Part shown: positions 56,306 to 64,000 of the stretch, one piece after another | Numbering within the stretch: position 1 is the stretch's first letter | Layout of the letters: every line of letters starts with the position of its first letter | NCBI GenBank assembly: GCA_003971905.1 | Contig: RSEE01000075.1 | Span: 248,001 to 312,000 of the forward strand | Direction of reading: 5' to 3' | DNA: 64,000 nucleotides | Origin: Moniliella sp. 'wahieum' | Taxonomy: Eukaryota | The notes under the pieces: model-generated | The model's input: only the letters and a program-made list of their open reading frames with translations | Told to the model about the DNA's origin: nothing | The model's database searches: none | Translations under genes and position numbers: made by a program

Positions 56306-57234
56306 CTAAGGCGTATGAATCTGTCCCCCCCCCCTTTCCTCCAACGATGGGATGTGGCGTGCCGAGAGCGGGTATAGTATCATTGCGTTTTGCAGGGTTT
56401 GCAGCCCCCCAGTGGGGCAGCGACCAAGCGGACTAGGTCTATCCTTCCCCCCGTCCCACGCATCCACTGTACGTTTCTGCTGGGCGGCCTGGACGCGCAT
56501 CCGCTGCTGTTCGCCCCAGAGGAGTTGCAGTAGCTGGTCCACCTCCTGCTGCAGGCTTGCTGGGAAGGGTTAAGGCAGGATGGGCAAGTCAGCGCGGCAC
56601 ACAAGGCAAAAAGCAACAAGGCACCTCCAACCGTGCCCAAAAAACCAGGAGAGGACGTACTCGCTTCTCGTACCGCCTCGGCATACTCTTGGTTGGCCTT
56701 GCGCATCTCGGACTGCAAGTGGGTCAAGCGCTGGGCTTGGCCGTGGGTCTGCACATCGTACGCCGGCATATGCTCAATCAACCTCCGTACCGTCGTCGCT
56801 TGTCTTACCAAGTCCGCTACCAACTCCTCAATGCTCGTCGCCATCGTCGCTTCGTCCACCAAGATCGTCGCGGCCGTCGCGCCGAGCATGCTCAGCGGCG
56901 CATCGCTCCGTGTCGCCACATGCGGCGCTTTGCGCGTCAAATACGCCACTGTCGACCCCACGATTTGTAACAGCAAATCTAACGCTGCCTCGAGCTGCGT
57001 GAGCGGATCGGACCCCGCTTCGCCTGGCCCCGCCGACGCTGCGGCAGGCGCAGGGGGCGTGGCAGCCGGCACCGAAGCAGGCGCCGAAGCAGGCGCAGAC
57101 GCAGACGCAGACGCAGGTGTAGGAGTCGGGGCCGGTACAGGCGCGGCGGATGCGGAAGCGGAGGCGGAAGTGGAGTTGGGGAGGGGGACGGGCAGCGCGT
57201 GGGGCGTGCCAGCTGCCGACGCCGACATGGCCAT
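56306..57234 (-). CDS. SRB7: Mediator subunit 21
   Basis: DPLTQLEAALD, IEELVADLVRQA..V..LIEHMP, QAQRL..LQSEMRKANQEY..AV; intron ~56561-56660; true stop may be nearer 56440. Confidence 0.85.
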
Positions 57235-57688
57235 GGCCTCCGAGCTCGTGCGCCTCGTGCGCTCGCTCGTGTGCTTTGCCTGGTCGGGACGCCGACGGCG
57301 GTACGTCAGCGCGGCGTCTGGTGTGGCGGACGGGTGATGGGTGGTGGGGTGATGTAGCAGGCGTGCTGGTTTGAAACGTTGGCTGTTTCAGCGGTAGTAC
57401 GTTGCGCGTTTGTTTGAATGGGGCGTACGTGCGCGCTGCTCTGCTCACGCTGCGCCACTGGGCCGCGTGGCGGCGAGCGCAACCGAGCGCACCGCACCAA
57501 CCACACTTTCACACCCCGCCGCGTCTGGTGCGCTCAGCAGCAGCTGGTTCGGTTGCTGCTTAGATGTCGACCTTCCTCCGCGTTCCTCGTCGCTGGGCCT
57601 CTCCTGCCGCTTCCACGTGGTACGTTGCCCAGTCGCCCCACGCTTGCCCGTATAAAGGCCCCTCGGCACCCCTCCCGTGCCGCCCCCC

Positions 57689-59338
57689 ATGTCACCCGCC
57701 CAGCATGCCCGCCGTCCCCCGTCACCGACGCCAGCAAGGCTGCCCTTGCCGACCCGGTCCCGGCCATCACCCAAATCACCCCCTTCCCCGCCATCAACCA
57801 GCCCGCCCTGGTCAGCGACTTGCGCGCCCGCCTCGCCGCTGCCCACGCTCGCTTTGCCCGCCCCTCTGCCTCGCCCGACCAGGCGGATGGTGTCCATACG
57901 CCCTGGTCCCCCCTGCCGGCCGACACGGATGCTGGCCAGCAAACGTTCACGCCCGACGTCATGGCCCGTCTCTTGGACCAGTGGCAGCACCTCGATCTGG
58001 ATGCATTCCAAACGCGCCTCACCCACTTTGACCACTTTGTCGCCACCATTGACTGGTGCCGTCTCCACTTTATCCACAAACCTTCCTCTCGCCCCGACGC
58101 CATCCCCTGCTTCTCCTTCACGGATGGCCCGGCAGCGTATGGGAATTTGCCGAGGTGATTGACGAGTTGGCTGAGCCCGGTACGTGGTATCTCCCTCTCC
58201 CTTTTTGTTGGCTTGCGGGCTGCGTTGGATGGCTGGTGAGCCAGAGCTGACTGGTGTTGCTTGGCCGCTCGCAGCGTCCGAGGAGGACCAAGCGTTCCAT
58301 GTGGTGGTCCCCTCGCTCCCCGGCTTCTTGTGGAGCTCGCCGCCGCCCTCGACGGCGCACTACATTGGAGACGTGTACGGCTACTGCCGCATTCTGAACG
58401 CGTTGATGCTTGGGCTGGGGTACGGGCCAGGGCAGGCCAAGTGGTCCGGGTATGCAGTGCAAGGCGGAGACTGGGGATCGGTGCATGCGCGCGTCGTCGC
58501 CTCCATCCCGGCTCGGCCGTGCGCGCCGTGCACCTCAACTTTTGCCCCACCACGCGCCCGGGCTGGACAGGCGCACTGTCGAAGCTCGTGTTCGACAACC
58601 TGTCCCCAGCCTGGCGCCTGGCCTTGGCGAAGCGCAGTGGCTCCCCCGCCTTGCTCAAGTTGGTCCAACAGGTACGTTCAGGTGGCCCGTTGCGTTGCGC
58701 GTCTCGCTGGAGGAGTGCCGTGGGCGCCAGCTAACTTATCTATACTCCTCGCGTCCCCTTGGCTAGGCGACGGCATATGACGTTGAAGGAGTGTACTACC
58801 GAATGCAGGGCTACCGCCCGGCTCAGTTGATGTACGGCATGCTCGATTCGCCAGCCGGGTTGCTGGGGTACATTGGCCCGCTCATGACCCACTGGGTCAC
58901 TGCCGACCCTCTCAGCACGAGTGGGGAGAGCAAGGAGGGCCTGTCCATGGACAAGGTCTTGGAGTTGATCACGCTGTACTGGATGAGCGGATGCATTGCT
59001 ACTTCGTTTTTGCCGTATGCGGTCAACTACCCGTTCCCGCACTACCTCATCCAACCCGACTTGTACATCCACCAGCCCTTGGCTACTCGCAGTTCCCGGA
59101 CGAACTCATCTCGCCCCCGATCGGCTGGATCGGCCAAACGGGCCGCCTCACCTGGGCCGTCAAGGCCGACACGGCCGGCCACTTTCCCCACATTGAGGCC
59201 CCGGCCCTCTTCCTCGCTCACTTGCGCCAGGCCTTCTCCCCCTCCGGCACGGCCGTCGCCACGCGCGCGGCGGGCGAACCACTGGTGCCGCCCAAGGGCG
59301 GACTGTGGGACGAGGAGCGGGCCAAAGCCACTGCGTAG
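57689..59338 (+). CDS. Microsomal-type epoxide hydrolase (alpha/beta hydrolase with EHN domain)
   Basis: LHFIHK..SRPDAIP, LLLHGWPGSVWEF, FHVVVPSLPGF, QGGDWGS (nucleophile Asp), VHLNF, DSPAGLL, TLYW, GHFPHIEAP; introns ~58180-58273 and ~58672-58766; start approximate. Confidence 0.9.
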
Positions 59339-59757
59339 GTACGAAATCCAAGTGAGAGTTGTAAGTGAGTAGTGAGACTTGACTTTCCGCCCCCCGCCCT
59401 CCTCCTTCTCCTCCTTGAGCGCCCCAAGTGAGCCAAAACAAACCACAAGGGCAATTGCTGGCCCGGTCACTAGCACTAGCCACTTTTCCTCTGTCCCTGC
59501 CTCCTCCCCTTACCTCCTGTTCCACTAATGTACGTACGGTTGGCTTGGTTTGGCTTCCCTTTCGTTAGTCTTAGGGACCTGAGTGTAGACCGCCAGCCAG
59601 GGCCTTCATTCCTCGTTTCCCGTGCCTATCTTAACTCTACGTGGCGTGTGCGCCCACACGCAGTCCAACCATGGGGGAGGGGATGCACTGTATGCGTGGC
59701 TGCGGGCGCGGGAGAGTGAGCGACCAACATCTAAGCACCCAGGATTACTGTTACTTG

Positions 59758-60156
59758 TTACTTGTTCAGTTCGGCTGCGCGCTTGGCAATTTCCTCCTTG
59801 CTCAGCGGCTGCTCCAACTTGGACGCCTGCTCCGTGTTGAGGATGGACGCGCCAGGCGCGGCGCGGTGCGCCGCCTGCGCTTCCGTCTCGAACCCCGTCT
59901 TGTTCAGCGCCGGGTCCGTGGTGGGGTCGTTGGCTGCACACACAAACGACGCAGGGAGAGCGGTTAGCACAGACCATGAAGGGCGCGCGCGGGCACGAGA
60001 GAGTGAGGGGGGAGGACGTACTGGTCGCCGGGTGGGGTCTGTGCGGGGAAAGAGGTGAAGCGGTAGGGTAGGGGAAGTCAGGTTACGCATGGACTGGGCG
60101 TGGGGCCGCGGGGAAAGAGACACGTACTGGATGGTGATCTTTTGCTCGTCGGACAT
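59758..60156 (-). CDS. Small (73 aa) hypothetical protein, three exons
   Basis: Exons 60156-60128, 60038-60022 and 59933-59758 with canonical GTACGT/CAG sites give an intact frame MSDEQKITIQPHPATTNDPTTDPALNK...LSKEEIAKRAAELNK*. Confidence 0.7.
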   Translation of the reverse strand: MSDEQKITIQYVSLSPRPHAQSMRNLTSPTLPLHLFPRTDPTRRPVRPPPSLSRARARPSWSVLTALPASFVCAANDPTTDPALNKTGFETEAQAAHRAAPGASILNTEQASKLEQPLSKEEIAKRAAELNK

Positions 60157-61489
60157 GGCGGAGGATCTGAAGGGTGGTGGTGGGGCTGGGGCAAGCAAGC
60201 TTATACCCCTGCCCCTATATCAAGCTAAGCTGCCAGGCCAAACTGCGGTGCGTGGCTGCAGCCAACGCACTGCATGGCCCGTGCGCCCCCCGCTGTGCGA
60301 GTTGCGCCGTGCGGATCGGATTACGTCACGCGTCACCCTCCAGCGCCGTCGGGGCATCGCACTGGGCTGCGATGCGCGGCCATGCGTCGATCACACATTC
60401 GTCATTCGCCCGCTTTGAAATGTGAATGTGAATGCAGCCCGGCGCTTCTGCTTACATCATCCGGCGCCGCATCCGTCAGCCGCACGCAAGCCCAACCATT
60501 GCCTTCTACAAGCTGGACGACCGTAAGGCGTGTAACAACAGGAAAAAGACCCCACAATCGAGGAACGCCCAGTCCGTCTTGCTTTCGCTTCTACAACAGA
60601 ACATCCGTGGCCGGTGACAACGCAACGCAAGCACTTCTTGCCAGATCTGTGCATGGGGCTGAGGCCGATTCAGCACAAAACACGTAACAGCCATTTACTC
60701 TGACGGATCACTGTGAGAAGCCAATGCACAGCAATGATTTTATAGACGACCCCGGCTCCGTTGTCAATCTAACCCGCTTCCATGCCAGAATGTTGCACGT
60801 CCTGGCTGGGTGTAGCACGGTTCCAAGTGCCGAGAGAGTTGAAGCGCTGAGGTTGGGGCCGGGGTTGAACGTTGATGAGAGAAAATGGACCAGTGAGAGC
60901 CTGTATGATGGTGAAAGAAAGGAGGGAAATCGTCACCTGGTCATAGTTGTGGGGTGTACAGAAACGTACAATACATAGCGGCGATGAGGAGGTGGGAATA
61001 GGAAGGGGAAATCGATGCCGGCGGAGGCCAGTATGCAAGATGAAAACAGCGCTGCGGATGGTTTTCGAGAAGCACTGCAAGCACAACTGCAACATGCAAA
61101 CAAACCGAACGAGGACGTGCGAAAAAGGGGGAAGGAAGAAGGGAAGTTAACGTCAGACTCACGCCGTGCTAGGGGGCCCTTGGCCCACTAGACCCGTATG
61201 GGCACTATTATGGCGTGATTCTTATCAGTTGGGAGATCCTGTGTCCACCTCTCGACTGTGCCCCCTTCCAGAAGAGGAGGTACATATAGCTCCTCTGCGT
61301 CCATAGATGTATGCAATCCATCTGCTCCCTTTCCCCCATCTCCGTCTCCTGACAATTAAGGAAGAGGAAAAGAAAAGTGGAGAGGCAAAGGGGATCAATT
61401 AGAACTTGGAACAGCAAGGCTAAAACAAGAACAGCCGAAGTTCCCTCCATCAGCTCTCACCGGAGCCTGAGACACCTCTAGGACTGCCC

Positions 61490-62705
61490 AATGGGTCAAG
61501 TTGATGGCATTGAGTGCGTTCCTCTGCGGTGCACGACTGTAGTAATGGATATCTCTGAGGCGCATTGGGAAATGAGAGCACGATGTTGATCTGCCCATAG
61601 GTCACAGCGTGGTAAAATCTTGCCTGCCATGCGGACCATGTGTCGCGTGTGTCGCATTTCTTTGTTCCCAATCACCGAGACAAGCGCCATGTCCCGGATA
61701 AGCGACACTGTATTATGCCATCTGGGCTCAGCTCCTATTCAAGTTTGGGCAAGTGACATTTGGAAGCACTGAGGCCATCGAGATATGCATCTTGGAGCTG
61801 GCAATCAAATCCGCCGATACCCCTTACCGGTGCAACACGCTGAAGATATATGTGCGTAAAAGTCGGCTGCCATCTTGCGATTGGAATGCACGTTCAACAC
61901 GACAATGTCGGTCGTCCCTGATCGTCACATCCGTGGGAAAGCGTTTACCCCCTTGGCTAGGCCACTGGGCGCAGGTGCGGACTCAGAATCAGGCACATGG
62001 TCGTGTGTAGGCGTCTGCACCCCGTTGGCCAAAGGATTTCTAGGCTGGTCCACGTACCATCCATTCCATCATCCTCATCCCGTGTGGGCCCAATGGCAGT
62101 CCCTTTGCCATGGAGTCATGACGTGCTTGATCCGGATCGGAATCGCTTTGTGGATCGCCTGCGCCATAGTGAAGGGATAAATGACCTCCGAGCCGTAAGG
62201 AGTCAGCTCAGCCGCCTCCTCTCTGGAGATAGCGGGAATGACATGGGCAGAGGGCACCTTGGGTGGATCGGCAGTAAACGCCCCATCTACTTCTTTCCAA
62301 ATCTGCAGCTCCTCTATCGCCACCCACCACACATACGCTAATAAGCGCCGCACAGAGATCAGTGTACCCACGCACAACTTGGTCCAGGATCGGCCAGGAC
62401 CGAACCAAAGTATCCAGTGACGACCCGAACGTGGTCGAGTGGCGTAGCGTTCAGAACATTGCCTAGCCGGTGACCCAGGTGGGAGTAGAAGCAGTGGTCC
62501 AGGACGGGGCGTCAGCGCTAACCCGGCCTGCTCCAGAAGAGTCGCATTAGCCACACATTTGCAAACGTGACGAGGGTGTTGGGAAAGTTCTGCTCCTCTA
62601 GCGCCCTTGCCACGATTCGACACGACATGCGTTCGTCCAGACTCAAGATTGAGTCCTTCATGGCGCGTGGAGAGATGTCATCGAGATCTGAGCTGATGAA
62701 GATGT
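61490..62705 (-). pseudogene. HOM3: Degenerate aspartate kinase relic
   Basis: Colinear remnants DDISPRA.KDSILSLDERMSC, RGYTDLCAAL, EELQIWKEVDGAFTADP, EEAAELT.YGSEVI.PFTM, IPIRIK, VLNVHSNRK, DMALVSVIG, ISQCASEI; in-frame TAA at 61824-61826, many indels and substitutions, no N-terminal KFGGTS segment. Confidence 0.85.
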
Positions 62706-63105
62706 TAACTATTAGTATTGTCTAAGGGTGTAGAGAGGAAAGGTGGCGTACCCGGGCTGCAAGGAGGAACTCGCGTAGACGTGCAGGTGGCACTCAGTGT
62801 GAACCACCACCGTTTCCCACTTGGGGTCTCTATCCTCTCATCCCCCACCCGGCCAATCCCCGCTTTACCTGCTTTTGCGCCAGGGTCGTACAGGCACATC
62901 TTCTCGCTTTTCCCTGCGGATGGATCTCATGCATCATGCCTCACTATTTCCCAGAATCTCGTAGGACTGTGACGCTCTGCCAAGCCTATGAACGACACCT
63001 CTTCCCACACTCCCAGCCATCTGGGTAGCAAAGCCAAGCATATCCGGCAAGCGCGTGCAATATGAAGTACATATGAACGCGGGGGACGGGAGGAGACCGA
63101 ATACA

Positions 63106-64000
63106 TCAGGCCTTCTGGTAGCGCCACTTGGGCAAGGGTTTGGGCACCTCGGGATCTCGGTATAGCGGCCAGTACGACGGGCATAGATACCCTTGGCCAG
63201 ACGCACGACCGAGTGCTTTTTAGGGCCACGCTTGCTCATCATACGAGGCGACACCAGCCGGCCCGCCGAGCCCTGCTCCTCCTGGCCGGCAAAGAAAGGT
63301 TTTCCCTTCTTGGGCCGCATCACCGTCGCCCCCGTATGCTCATGGTCCTGAACATGGTACGGAGCGCCCTCGCCCATCTCCTTGAACTTGTTATCGTCGG
63401 GGCGCTGCATACCAAACGCAGCCTCCTCGGCCCGACGCCAGAGGAGGTACTTGTTGGCCAGGTCGGCCAGGCGCTGCCGGCCGGCGAGGCCGGTATAGTG
63501 CGTCACTTTGCGCAGGTTGGCCCTCGTGATCTCCTGGAACCGTTTGATACCCTCGAGGGTAAAGTCCTCGGCGGTGAACTGCTTGCCGGTTGCATACGCC
63601 TCCAGCTCCGGCTTGGCAAACGTGCCGGTGCGCAACGACTCGTGCACCACCGCACGCGCCGCCATCTCCAACTTGAGGTCACGCGGGTTGTCCACCAGCT
63701 CCAGGATCGCACGGTCGGCACAGTCGCCTTTCCTCAGGCCAAACTTATGGATGCGCGTGTACCCGCACCGCCGCACCTCATACCGCGGCATAATCGACTT
63801 GGTGCGCTCCACCATCGATTTGTCATTCTGCCCAGCGCCGACCCACCAACCAGAAGCATGTCAACAGGCCGCCGCGCACGCACACCAGCACAGCCTCCTA
63901 CACAGCAGAGAGCAGAGGAGGAAAAATACGCACGCCAAAGTAGCCCCAGATCTTGGACCAGCCTTGCGGGGTGTCGTGCTTGGCTTTGGTGATCAGCCGT
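63106..64000 (-). CDS. MRPL8: Mitochondrial ribosomal protein bL17m (5' end outside window)
   Basis: RLITKAK, PRYEVRRCGYTRIHKFGLRKGDCADRAILELVDNPRDLK; intron ~63829-63932; likely stop at 63106 after a frameshift. Confidence 0.85.

Noticed and set aside
57060..57170. GCAGAC/GCGGAA repeats as a separate repeat element
   Set aside because: They encode the Ala/Ser/Pro low-complexity N-terminus of MED21.

Overview
Eukaryotic, GC-rich, intron-poor fungal DNA. GT(A/G)(C/T)GT donors, CTRAC branch sites and the gene content point to a basidiomycete, probably Ustilaginomycotina-like (inference). About 24 protein-coding loci can be read: PUT1, RBG1/DRG1, an EME1/MMS4-like gene, an Fe(II)/2OG dioxygenase-like gene, NPT1, a NAB2-like gene, a DHA1 MFS transporter, an elongase, CCT2, a histidine phosphatase-thymidylate synthase fusion, an LSB5-like gene, a bZIP factor, a SUR7/PalI gene, SSS1, an LRR-RhoGEF, MED21, an epoxide hydrolase, mitochondrial bL17 and several hypothetical genes. 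There is also one intron-containing tRNA-Val(AAC). Most genes, including essential ones, are split by isolated 1-nt frameshifts, most likely assembly errors, so many boundaries are approximate. The two most notable signals are (1) an SHB17-like histidine phosphatase domain fused in frame to the N-terminus of thymidylate synthase and (2) a decayed, 5'-truncated aspartate kinase (HOM3) relic. All family assignments are from motif recognition by eye; no database searches were run.
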